Source: Octopus sinensis
Taxonomy: Eukaryota
DNA: 64,000 nucleotides
Assembly (NCBI RefSeq): GCF_006345805.1
Contig: NC_042998.1
Coordinates: forward strand, 180,916,001 to 180,980,000
Reading direction: 5' to 3'
This document shows, in pieces, positions 51,915 through 64,000 of the stretch (positions within the stretch are counted from its first letter, which is position 1; each line of letters opens with the position of its first letter). The notes under the pieces are model-generated. The model ran no database searches. It saw nothing but the letters and a program-made list of their open reading frames with translations, and was not told the origin of the DNA. A program made the position numbers and the translations under genes.

Positions 51915-51964
51915 AACAAGCATAATCGATTTTCGAACCTTATTGGGTTCTCATCAGAGGCGTC
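51915..51964 (-). ncRNA. Minimal type I hammerhead (family H4), copy B
   Basis: CTGATGA GAACC CAATAA GGTTC GAAA A TCGA T TA: perfect core, 5-bp stem II, palindromic TCGA loop; stem I poorly paired. Confidence 0.7.
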
Positions 51965-52179
51965 CACATCATTCTGACAGGCTTCAGAGAAACAAACAGC
52001 CAAACTGTTTATATACTAATAAATACGTTATGAAGGATTCCCGAGTTTGCGCACCGAAAGTGTTTATCATTCTATAAATACCAGCGATACGTCAACGGGG
52101 AACTTAATCCACAAAGTATCAAAGTATGGTATAATATTTAAGTAACATATGGTATAATTATAAACAGGGCAAATGATGA

Positions 52180-52228
52180 ACAACTTTAATCGATTTTCGA
52201 ACCTTATTGTGTTCTCATCAGAGGCGTC
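52180..52228 (-). ncRNA. Minimal type I hammerhead (family H4), copy A
   Basis: CTGATGA GAAC ACAATAAG GTTC GAAA A TCGA T TA; core 264 nt from copy B. Confidence 0.7.
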
Positions 52229-52249
52229 GACATCACTCTGACAGTCTCT

Positions 52250-53475
52250 TGTTCTATAGCGACACTATACGAAATGAGCGAGCCATATCAAATAGCCAAA
52301 GGTCCTTTGGGTCATTTCTTCTTCAACTATCTAACGCCCTCTTTAGAATCCTTGCTGTTCCTAACAAAGCTGTTTTATGCTGCAAACCGATTCTGATAAT
52401 ACTTCCTAGCTCCTCAAGCCATGCATACAACCCTTTATTTACAAACTGCTCCCAGTGTGCTAGCCACAATCGAATAACACTTCTACGTGCTTGATTCCCC
52501 ATATTTTCGTGACTTCCAACTTTAACACCTGGTATTTCCCTACTTTCTCACCTTCCTTCTCATTCACCCTGTGGTCCCGCAATGATGCAACATCCACAAT
52601 AATTGCTTTGTTCTTCTTTTCTACCGCAACAACGTCAGATGTTCTATCCACAATAACATAGTCACGCTGGAAGCTCATATCCCACAAGATCTTGTATTGC
52701 TCATTTTAAGCAACTCTTTACGGTTGGTGCTCATACCATTTCTCAAATCTACTCATGTCATACTTATGATAGAGTTTCAAGTGAACCAATCTAGCAACTT
52801 GTTCCTTCTCCTGACATTCACCAATAATGTGGTTTATTGTTTTACTTTTCTCACCACGCAACCTACAAAGTGGGGAAGTCACCGACCTGTCAAGATTGAA
52901 CTTGACAGAGTTCTCATTCTCAGCGCCTGTTCTTGGGTTGCGAAGGTAAGAGCTTCAGTTTCAACTTTCAAATCGCTTTTCCTAGTCCATTCATAGATCT
53001 TATCATCGTCAACTGTTTCAGGAATTTGCCGCAAGAATTAACCACATATTTTTTATTTCCTTCTATTCAAGGTGTAATTCTGTCTATCTTGTTTAAATTC
53101 TCCTTTCGTTTTGTTTTCTTTTTTTGGCTTCATCACTGCTTAGATCTTTTACTTTTCTTACTCATGCCATCAGTTTATCCATTAAATTCTGTATAAAACA
53201 TGCCAAATTGTTTTCCTCAGATTTCATACACAATTCACGGCTAATGAGACTTCTTCCTCTTCTCTATTGCGATAGATACAACCTGTCCACGTTACTTTTA
53301 GGGTGTAGAGCCCCTTGTAGTATCATCATTTTTCCTGGCGTTTCTATCACGCTCCTTTAAGTTCAACTCTTCTCCACTATATCACACCAGAACTATGCCT
53401 TAGACCTGCAACGACCCATGTGTTGACAGCCAGTATCTTATTCCTACTACTCAATTTAGCCTTTAACACTAATTT
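52250..53475 (-). mobile_element. R4/Dong/Rex6-type non-LTR retrotransposon 3' fragment (RT C-terminus plus restriction-like endonuclease)
   Basis: RNKILAVNTW...NVDRLYL; WD..FQ.D.VI..R.SDVV.V.KKNKAIIVDVA..D.RV.EKE.EKV.KY..LK.E..K.W; HKTALLGTARILKR; stop near 52323. Confidence 0.85.
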
Positions 53476-53869
53476 CAGTAATGAAGAAAAAGAGGAGGAG
53501 GATTTTGGGTTATTAGCCACAAGGGCTCAATGCTTTTCAGAAACATTGTAAGAGACGTTAAACGAGGATTGGCTTACAACACAAACTGGGTGAAGCGAAA
53601 TGTTATACAACGACGATTGAAGGGATGAAAGTTGACACAATACACAATAAGACGAGTTGAACATTTATTGTGACAAAATCTTTACAGCGAATGCATAAAT
53701 AAACTATGAAGAACTCCCGATAATTAAAACAAAGTATCTATATAAGATTTAAACGCCCAATTTCTTTAAGCAGACTAGTTTACTGTCATGCTTATAAACT
53801 CACTCTTACTCTAATTCTATCGTGCATTATTCCATCACTGTATGTTCTGTGTTGAGTTCTTAGGTTATA

Positions 53870-54098
53870 TATTTCTTTACTACCCACAAGGGGCTAAACA
53901 CAGTGGGAACAAACAAGGACAGACAAACGGATTAAGTCGGTTACGCACTGGTGCGTAACTGGTACTTAATTTATCGACCCCGAAAGGATGAAAGGCAAAG
54001 TCAACCTCGGCGGAATTTGAACCCAGGACGTAACGGCAGACTAAATACGGCCACGCATTTCGCCCGGCGTACTAACGTTTCTGCTAGCTGACCGCCTC
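53870..54098 (-). mobile_element. SINE family M monomer with perfect 15-bp TSD
   Basis: TSD AGTTCTTAGGTTATA at 53855-53869 and 54099-54113. Confidence 0.92.
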
Positions 54099-54458
54099 AG
54101 TTCTTAGGTTATAATGGGCTAGTGAGAGTGGTGCATGTCTTAAGGATCACTGAGGTGTAATAATGTGTAACGTCTATAAGAAATATATATTAGTACCCTG
54201 TTCTTTTTTATGCTGTTTGAAATGTGATCCTACTGTGTTTCTAATTTCTACTTCATCTGGTACCAGTCGACAACGAAGACATCCCTGTGTACCAGCGGTT
54301 GTCAAATTCTAAATGTTCTGCTGTAAGTGCTGAGCAGATTTCCATAGCTGTTCACAAAGACATAGACACCTAAGAAAATTTCCCCGTGTGAGAGTAGCAA
54401 TCCTTAAGGTTGTTGTGTGTGTATGTGTGTGTTCTGATATATATATATATATATATAT

Positions 54459-55116
54459 TTGTAAAAACTGAAGTTCGAAAATGCTGCTGTATTATACAAT
54501 TTTTAATTTTTATATATACATTATAACATGTTTCAGTTCCATATATATTATAACATGTTTCAGTTCCATATATATACGGAGGCGCAATGACCCAGTGGTT
54601 AGGGCAGTGTTTTTTGAGCGAAAACACCTAAAGGTCCACGAGGCTCCGGCAGTGGGTTGGAGATCCCTTGTACTCTTTCGCCACAACTTTCTCTCACTCT
54701 TTCTTCTGTTGGCCTGCTCGCTTAGCCAGCGGGGCGGCGTCATTTGAAGGCTAAAACAATGCAAAGCGCATTGTGACCAGCGATGTGTAGCAACATCTGA
54801 TATCTTGGTCGGCCACGGTGATCACGGTGACGGTGATATATAGATATATATATATATATACATACATATATATACACGATGTGTTTTTTTCAGTTTCCGT
54901 CTACGAAATTCACTAATAAGGCTTTGGTCAGTCTGAGGCAAAAGTAGAAGACATTTGCCTTGCCGATGGCATCACGCAGTGACATGAACCTGGAAGCATG
55001 TGGATAGGAAGCAATCTGCTTAACATGCCTGCACCTCCATACACACACACTTACACATACATGTATGTATGTATGTATGTATGTATGTATGTATGTATGT
55101 ATGTATGTATGTATGT

Positions 55117-55178
<62 letters not shown>

Positions 55179-55402
55179 TACTTTATTGTCCACAAGGGGC
55201 TAAACATAGAGGGGACAAACAAGGATAGACAAAGGGATTAATTCGATTACAACGACCCCAGTGCGAAACTGGTACTGTTATTTATCGACCCCGAAAGGAT
55301 GAAAGGCAAAGTCGACCTCGGCGGAATTTGAACTCAGAACGTAACGACAGACGAAATACCGCTAAGCATTCCGCCCGCCGCGCTAACGTGTCTGCCAGAT
55401 AT

Positions 55403-55462
<60 letters not shown>

Positions 55463-56113
55463 AAAAACTGAAGTTCGAAAATGCTGCTGTATTATACAAT
55501 TTTTAATTTTTATATATACATTATAACATGTTTCAGTTCCATATATATTATAACATGTTTCAGTTCCATATATATACGGAGGCGCAATGACCCAGTGGTT
55601 AGGGCAGTGTTTTTTGAGCGAAAACACCTAAAGGTCCACGAGGCTCCGGCAGTGGGTTGGAGATCCCTTGTACTCTTTCGCCACAACTTTCTCTCACTCT
55701 TTCTTCTGTTGGCCTGCTCGCTTAGCCAGCGGGGCGGCGTCATTTGAAGGCTAAAACAATGCAAAGCGCATTGTGACCAGCGATGTGTAGCAACATCTGA
55801 TATCTTGGTCGGCCACGGTGATCACGGTGACGGTGATATATAGATATATATATATATATACATACATATATATACACGATGTGTTTTTTTCAGTTTCCGT
55901 CTACGAAATTCACTAATAAGGCTTTGGTCAGTCTGAGGCAAAAGTAGAAGACATTTGCCTTGCCGATGGCATCACGCAGTGACATTGAACCTGGAAGCAT
56001 GTGGATAGGAAGCAATCTGCTTAACATGCCTGCACCTCCATACACACACACTTACACATACATGTATGTATGTATGTATGTATGTATGTATGTATGTATG
56101 TATGTATGTATGT

Positions 56114-56175
<62 letters not shown>

Positions 56176-56393
56176 TACTTTATTGTCCACAAGGGGCTAA
56201 ACATAGAGGGGACAAACAAGGATAGACAAAGGGATTAATTCGATTACAACGACCCCAGTGCGAAACTGGTACTGTTATTTATCGACCCCGAAAGGATGAA
56301 AGGCAAAGTCGACCTCGGCGGAATTTGAACTCAGAACGTAACGACAGACGAAATACCGCTAAGCATTCCGCCCGGCGCGCTAACGTGTCTGCC

Positions 56394-56397
<4 letters not shown>
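54459..56397. repeat. Near-perfect tandem duplication, period about 1000 bp (54459-55400 and 55459-56397)
   Basis: Units identical except a 1-nt indel, one substitution and microsatellite length; (TA)n at the boundaries. Confidence 0.95.
54578..54836 (+). mobile_element. tRNA(Arg)-like SINE, tail type C, with a deletion in the head (duplicated at 55578-55836)
   Basis: GGAGGCGCAATGACCCAGTGGTTAGGGCAG joined directly to TGTTTTTTGAGCGAAAACACC; distinct tail ending in GGTGAT/GGTGAC repeats. Confidence 0.8.
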
Positions 56398-56432
<35 letters not shown>

Positions 56433-56435
56433 TAG

Positions 56436-56494
<59 letters not shown>

Positions 56495-57379
56495 TCAGAA
56501 CCGACAATCACAAATTTCTCTTTCATTGCTATAATACTTCGACTAATGGTGTGTCCTGCAATTGCGTTATCCTAAGTATGAAAGGTAAATGAGGATACAT
56601 ACTGGCAGTTAAGTAGTGCAGATATGTTCATGTGTGTAGCAATACCGTGATAGAGAAATAGTCCTGGCAAGCTGCCAGTTACGTCAAATGAGTCTTTAGC
56701 TAACTCATCTACGCTTAGCAAATGAAACACACATGAGATTTCCCTGAAGTTCCGGCGGAGACGGCTAAGTGGATATTTTCATAAATAAGTCATAAAAAAA
56801 ATTGCAATGTCTTTTTGTTAACATTTGATAACATTCCGAGTTGTAAGAGAGCAACAATTATTGTTATAATAGCAAATGCATTTATTTCAGAGAAATAAGA
56901 TGATCAAACGAAACGAAATCAAGCTACTCGCTTATAAAATGACTTGGGAGAAACTAAACAAAATATAGAAATATTACAAAATGGGACTATGCAAGAACAC
57001 AACCAGATTCACACGGATGCTTCTATGTATTCATATATATTCTAGAAATAGAAACACATTCAGAATTATTCATGTATTAATTTGAATGTATGCATATGTG
57101 TATATGCCTATATGTGTGTGTATTATACGATTATAAGTAAAGCTACAAGTATATGTATATACAGACGCACATAAATCTGTACGCATTATATATATACATA
57201 CGCATTTATATACACAGACACAAGCACACATTCGCACTCACTTAAACATACACATATATATATAAATATGTAACATAAATGTGTGCAGCATCTGCCTCTA
57301 TACATACATACCATATATAATGCATTGATTTGCATAATATATATAATACATGTGTAATACATATAACACATGTACGTAT

Positions 57380-57645
<266 letters not shown>

Positions 57646-58105
57646 GAATATTTATGAATATAGACGTGGATATGCATAGTGAATAGCAGTTCAGTCACAA
57701 CTAACCCCTTTCATGTCTCCTCTTCAAGAGCCATAAAAGCATCAGCTTTCCATGAAATCTTCATAAATAGAACTGTTTAGATTTCTCTTTCCACGAATTG
57801 AAATAAGTAACAATTATATTATACATTTCTTTGTCGTGTTTTCTCAGTTTTTGGCACATTTACATATATTACCAGTTTGAGAAACGTAAGACATATGCAT
57901 GTATACTGACACACACACACACACACACACACATACATACATACGTACATTCATGCATATATACATACGTACATGCATACATACATACATTTATATATGA
58001 ATATAAATGTGTGTATTTGTGTGTATGTGTGTATGTATGTATGTATGTATGTATGTATGTATGTACGTACGTATGTATGTATGTATGTATGTATCTATCT
58101 ATCTA

Positions 58106-58149
<44 letters not shown>

Positions 58150-58167
58150 TATATACACACACACACA

Positions 58168-58239
<72 letters not shown>

Positions 58240-58954
58240 TCACATACATGCATATATATATGTTTATATTAATTTTTCCTTTATGGTATTACACTGCACC
58301 TAGCTGTTTATATTAATTTGTTGTATACATGTACATATATATATATATGCTGATGTATAATTTATGTGCATATTTAGTCTCACTGTAGCACATGTAAATT
58401 GTGCAGTTTGCAGCAGGAGAAACATACATTTGATGATTATTAAAAGCAGACAAGGTGAATATGAATATATTTCCTTAAAACGTTCAAATCCTCACTGTTT
58501 TGATGCACTGTATGCTTTTAGTATCTCGGAGTTAATAAAAGCAAATACATTACATAAGAGTGAATTATAGTAGTTATGTAGGAATTATTTTTCTAAATAT
58601 TTCCATTTTACAACGTCAATAAATGTTCGGGAACGAATACTTAATGATTTAGAAATCGTTACAGCAGCAAAAAGGATTACGATGTTCCTGCTTAGGAGGT
58701 CAGAATATGGCTGAAATCTGCCTGGATTTGTCTATTGTTCTTATCCGGATGATGCTAAAATACTATTAGTGAACATACTTAATACATAGTTCATTAAAGA
58801 AGCTAATATTAACTGAACTTTTGTAAATATTTACCTTGTAAATGAGAGTTGTCTTAGGAACTTCAGAAAAAGCAGCACGAATGTTTCATAAGGAAATAGA
58901 TTGTGAGAGGAACGAACCCAACGTGAAACCTTTACAAGTAAATTACATATATAT

Positions 58955-59186
58955 ATTTCTTTACTGCCCACAGGGGGCTAAACATAGAGAGGACAAACAA
59001 GGACAGACAAAGGGATTAAGTCGATTACATCGACCCCAGTGCGAAACTGGTACTTTATTTATCGACCCCGAAAGGATGAAAGGTAAAGTCGACCTCGGCG
59101 GAATTTGAACTCAGAATGTAGCGGCAGACGAAATACTGCTAAGCATTTCGCCCGGCGTGCTAACGTTTCTGCCAGCTCGCCGCCTT
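58955..59186 (-). mobile_element. SINE family M monomer
   Basis: Full head to tail; a diverged variant copy follows at about 59330-59540 (+). Confidence 0.88.
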
Positions 59187-59610
59187 TACATATATATGTG
59201 TTGTGTGTGCGTATGTGTGTAAGAGAGAGAGAGAAAGTGTTCACGTCCACGAGCGAATATTTGTATGTGCATTCGAATTGCTCGTAGGCCAGTTTTGATG
59301 TACTTCGTTTATAATGCAGTATTTCGTTTTAAGCGGCGAACTGGCAGAATTGTTAGCACGCTGGACAAAATGTGTAGTGGCATATCTTACGTTCTAAGTT
59401 CAAATTCTGCCAATGTCAACTTTACTTCTTATACTTTCGGAGTCGATAAAATAAGTACCAGTTGTGTACTGGGGTCGATATATACGACTTAGCCCGTCCC
59501 TTGAAATTGCTGGTCTTGTGCCAAAATTTGAAACTAGTATTACATGTAATAATATAAATTACCTAGTCACGTATTTAAACCAAGAGAAATGAATTAGTAT
59601 AGTAAATTAT

Positions 59611-59880
59611 GTGGAGGTGCGTGGCTTAGTGATTAGGGTGTCAGCATCATGATCGTAAGATTGTGGTTTCGATTCCTGGACCGGGCGATGCGTTGTGTTC
59701 TTGAGCAAAACAATTCATTTCACGTTGCTCCAGTTCACTCAGCTGGCAAAAATGAGTAACGCTGCGATGGACTGGCGTCTCGTCCAGTTGGGGAACACAT
59801 ACACCATAGAAACCGGGAAACCGGGCCCATGAGCCTGGCTGGCTAGGCTTTAAAAGGGCACATTTATTTTATTTTATTTT
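59611..59880 (+). mobile_element. tRNA-derived SINE with a V-domain-like core and type-B-like tail, 12-bp TSD
   Basis: GCGATGGACTGGCGTCTCGTCCAG core; tail GAAACCGGGAAACCGGGCCCATGAGCC; TSD ATAGTAAATTAT at 59599-59610 and 59881-59892. Confidence 0.8.
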
Positions 59881-60629
59881 ATAGTAAATTATAAGTCGAT
59901 AACTATTTGGATACAAAGGAAACTTAAACCCATGTATCTTCGATGTATATATGCTTTTGTGACTAACTTTGTGATGCGGGTTGGTGTGAGAATGCAGATG
60001 GCGGAGGATTTTCCAATGAATTCTTCATTAATATTGAATGAAGGCTTGAAGGAGGATACATAACACTAGTCAATCTAGGACCTGGCCTATATTTTGATTG
60101 TTATAAAGTGATCTGCGTATCATTACATTGTGCTTCGTTTAAATGTAAAAATATATTCACTGATAAATCCTAAATTAAGCAACAATAAACTTTATTTTAT
60201 TGCTGAATTGAAGATGGTAAGGCAGACCTCAAATAGATTATTTTAAAATGAATTAAGTGAATTTGATTTGAAGTGACCACTCTCACAGTAATATAAGATG
60301 GAAGCTATTTCTGCATCTGAGTTTAATCTCGTCGAAGGCAAAATAATACTTGGAAATGCAAATTACACATACACTGGGGTTTGAAGTATATTACCACAAG
60401 AATGCTAATATGGGAGATATATTCCGTTGATGATATGTAGATAGTGTATATTGACACCCCATGCTGTCAATGAGGAGATATGAATTCGAATCCTATGAGA
60501 TTTTTCTTACATTTATTTATTTAACATATACCTATTCCTTAATTATCATCATTCGTTTTGTTTATTTATGCAAACATATATTGGCCGTTCAATTCTTGGT
60601 TAACTAATAATTTAATTTATTGTATCATA

Positions 60630-60838
60630 TTGGTTTCAAATTTTGGCAGAAGGCCAACAGGTTCGAGGGAAGGAATAAATCGATTACATCGACCCAGGGT
60701 TCAACTGGTACCTTTTTTATCGACTTCCGAAGGATGAAAGGCAAAGTCGACCTCTGCGGCATTTGAAACTGGAACGTAAAGACGAATGAAATGCAGCCAA
60801 TCATTTTTCCCGGCGGGCCAACAATTCTGCCAGTTCGC
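60630..60838 (-). mobile_element. SINE family M, variant tail, diverged
   Basis: Family core GGATGAAAGGCAAAGTCGACC present. Confidence 0.75.
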
Positions 60839-62392
60839 TGTGTAATCTATTATTATATTGTATTGCTACAGAAGAAGTGTTGGTGTGTTCGATCAGAATG
60901 AAATATTATTTCTGTCGCTTGTCACAGCTTGAGTGAGATGTTCTCTTGTAATCTGTAACTTACAAAATCAGGAGTATCATCAATGATTTTAACTACATAA
61001 TACTGTATTGAGAACTTATGAAAGAATAATATAGCATGCCAACTGAGCTTAATGAGCTTAATGTTGATTGCGCCTGCCATCATTTTACTGTATCTTCTAG
61101 TTGAATTAAAAATAATATACACAGCCTACGATACAATTTGAAATCAAATCAATAACCTTGATCTACTATAATTAATTCTAGTATCAGCTAGGTCCTTTCG
61201 GTACAATATAATAGCCACACTAAATTTCTCATATTGAGAAGAAACTAGTTTATGATGAGGTCGTGTATTATATATATATTCCGCCAACATCAAAAATGTT
61301 ATCGATATCGCTTTTACCGGATCTGGATAAATGGAATATTTTACATACCCGTCCAGTGGGATTTGAACTGGGAATCAAAAAGCCTAAAATTATAGAAACG
61401 CCTAAGATCAGATGCCTTCATATCATGCCTTTATTCCATGCGCCATAAAATAATGGTAATTTAGAATGGTTTTCGTTTAGCTGTTTTCTAAACAAGGGTT
61501 GATTGAGTTCGTTGGTTTCGTGACCAACTGAAGATAACCACAGTTATCTCTTGATTGATGTTAGCTCGCCATTTTGTCAAAAATCTTCTGTTTTGATAAG
61601 TGATGCCGAGGCGAAATATCTAGAGTAGAAATGAGACCAAATTTCAGGAATGTCTATTTACCCTTAGTTCCATTGAATACCTAATCTCAGTAGACATGCT
61701 AAAGGCAAATGCAGCTGTCTGAAGATCCCGTGGTGATAGTAGATTAAGAAAAAGAAATTTTCTTATCTAGCAATCATTAAATGTTCCAAAAAGCTATTTA
61801 AGAACTCATTAGAGGTTACTGTAGACACAAATGGCTTGTTAAAGTCAAATAAAATTTCATTTGTATGCTTCGCTTCTTTTATTTATATATTATTATTCAT
61901 GTTCTTATCTCAAAAAATCTCAAGATACTAACTTACACAAAGGCATCATCTTTGCACGCATTACCCCGAGTTTCAAACCCTCTTTAAATAAAAAAAAGTA
62001 TATGAAGTGAAAAGAACACGTACATATGTACGACATTAATATGCCTTAAAATTTTATATCTTTCATTTTCATGTATAGATACACAAAAATACAAACAAAA
62101 AGAAAAGATGGAAGCGCAGCCGTTCCCACACAAATCTACAACGCCGTCACACACATGTATGCTTATATCTCAATAGCAGCTCTATTTCACTTCGTTATAC
62201 AATATATACAATGTACAATATATACAATGAAAATGCTATATACATATATGCATGTGTGTGTGCGCGCGCAGGTCTGTGCGGGTCTGCCTGTGTCTGTCCG
62301 TGTGTGTGTGTATGTGTGTGTATGTACGTTTGTATGTATGTATACATGCAGATACCTATGTATCTATGTATGTATGTATGTATGTATGTAGC

Positions 62393-62822
62393 AGGCGCAG
62401 GCGTGGATGTGCGGTAAGAAGTTTTCTTCCGAACCACATGATTCTGGGTTCAGTCCCACTCCATGGCACCTTGGGTACGTGTCTTCTACTATTGCGTCGG
62501 GCCGACCAAAACCATGTTAGAGGATTTATTAGACAGAACCTGAAAGAAGCCAGTTGCATATATATATATATATATATGTATGTATGCGTGTGCGAGTGTG
62601 TGTATATGTGTGTATGTGTTTGTATCTGTGTTTGTCCCCAACTACCGCTTAGCAACAGATATGTTTTGATTTGTTTACGTAACTAAGGGGTTTAGAAATA
62701 AGTTACTAAACTTTGAGATAAAAAGTAAGTACTAGGGTAATTCGCTCGACTAAAATTTCTTGAAGATGGTAACCCACCATGGTCGCAGTCCAATGATTAT
62801 AACAAGTAAACGATTAACGATA
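62393..62822 (+). mobile_element. SINE family K, diverged
   Basis: Homologous to 21852-22268. Confidence 0.8.
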
Positions 62823-62947
62823 TAAAGTAATGCCTCTATATACGAATTAATTCGTTCCCGGAGAAGGCTCGTAAAGCGAAAACTCGTAAAAACTCATAAA
62901 CCCGGAGTGTCGTAAAGCGGGTCCTCGTAAAGTGAGGTATTACTATA
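62823..62947. mobile_element. pogo/Tigger-type MITE
   Basis: TA-flanked TIR AGTAAT(G/A)CCTC; internal repeats of CTCGTAAA. Confidence 0.65.
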
Positions 62948-63121
62948 TATACATATGTAGCTGTGATTAATAGATCAGTTCCAGGTAAAATGCGTAGACT
63001 ATCAACTTTTGGTATAATGAACATATTGTCCATTCTACCTTCTGTACTGAGTTCAATATAACATGTTGCCTGCACTATAAAAAACATATTTTTTAAATAG
63101 CTTAATGCTCTTACATTATGA

Positions 63122-63336
63122 TACAGGATGCAGCAGAAATACCTCCGACATTTGAAAGGTTGACAAAAGGAAAAAGAAGCAATATTTATGAAAAATTAAT
63201 TTTACTGTTGTTTAAACAAAGGGTTACAGTTTTTGTACGTTGGCTACGTGAAAACATCATTAGCACTTGCATAAGTTCATTATCAACACATAGGTGAAAG
63301 CTTAAAATGTGAGAGGTATTTCTGCCGCACCCTATA
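63122..63336. mobile_element. Tc1/mariner-type MITE
   Basis: TA-flanked TIR (C/T)AGG(A/G)TGC(A/G)GCAGAAATACCTC at both ends. Confidence 0.75.
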
Positions 63337-63344
63337 TATGCATA

Positions 63345-63565
63345 GACGTGGCGAGCTGGAAGAATCGTTGGTACGCCGGGCGAAGTATTTAGCAGTATTT
63401 CGTCCGCCGTTACGTTTTGAGTTCAAATTCCACCGAGGTCGACTTTGCCTTTCATGATTTCGGGTTCGATGAAATAAGTACCAGTTACGCACTGGAGTCG
63501 ATGTAATCGACCAGCCCCCTTCCCCCAAAATTTTCAAGGCCTCGTGCCTAGAGTAGAAATAATTA
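63345..63565 (+). mobile_element. SINE family M, variant tail (CCTAGAGTAGAAA)
   Basis: Same tail as the third unit of the 28415-28998 trimer. Confidence 0.82.
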
Positions 63566-63592
63566 TATACATATGAATGAATGATTATGTAT

Positions 63593-64000
63593 ACTCTTTT
63601 ATTCTTTTACTTGTTTCAGTCATTTGACTGCGGCCATGCTGGAGCACCGCCTTTTAGTCGAGCAAATTGACCCCGGGACTTATTCTTTGTAAGCCCAGTA
63701 CTTATTCTATCGGTCTCTTTTGCCGAACCGCTAAGTGACGGGGACGTAAACACACCAGCATCGGTTGTCAAGCAATGCTAGGGGGACAAACACAGACACA
63801 CAAACACACACACACATACATATATATGTATATATATACATGTATACGACAGGCTTCTTTCAGTTTCCGTCTACCAAATCCACTCAAAAGGCATAGGTCG
63901 GCCCGGGGTTATAGCAGAAGACACTTGCCCAAGATGTCACGCAGTGGGACTGAACCCGGAATCATGTGGTTGGTTAGCAAGCTACTTACCACACAGCCAC
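63593..64000 (-). mobile_element. SINE family K, head truncated by the window end
   Basis: Reverse-complement match to 21852-22268. Confidence 0.88.

Overview
AT-rich, repeat-dominated eukaryotic DNA. The SINE families and microsatellite load match what I recall for octopus (coleoid cephalopod) genomes; this is recognition, not a database result. I found no host gene I can support, and most supplied ORFs are microsatellite translations or pieces of decayed transposons. Recognisable content: several tRNA-derived SINE families (about 35 copies); an RT/RNase H-less Gypsy LTR element with both LTRs (13461-16223); two Chapaev3-like transposase relics; RTE, R4/Dong-like, probable CR1 and possible Tx1 LINE fragments; a mariner fragment and three Tc1/mariner/pogo MITEs; Helitron-like non-autonomous elements; four Penelope-like (PLE) coding relics; and a near-perfect 1-kb tandem duplication. 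Two patterns stand out. (1) Four head-to-tail SINE multimers (2-4 units), each enclosed by a single target-site duplication, mostly sharing one palindromic junction; this suggests multimeric cDNA insertion. (2) About ten hammerhead-ribozyme-like motifs from several families, including a tandem pair 264 nt apart (retrozyme-like) fused to the 3' UTR of an R4-type LINE. Boundaries of decayed elements are approximate, read by eye.
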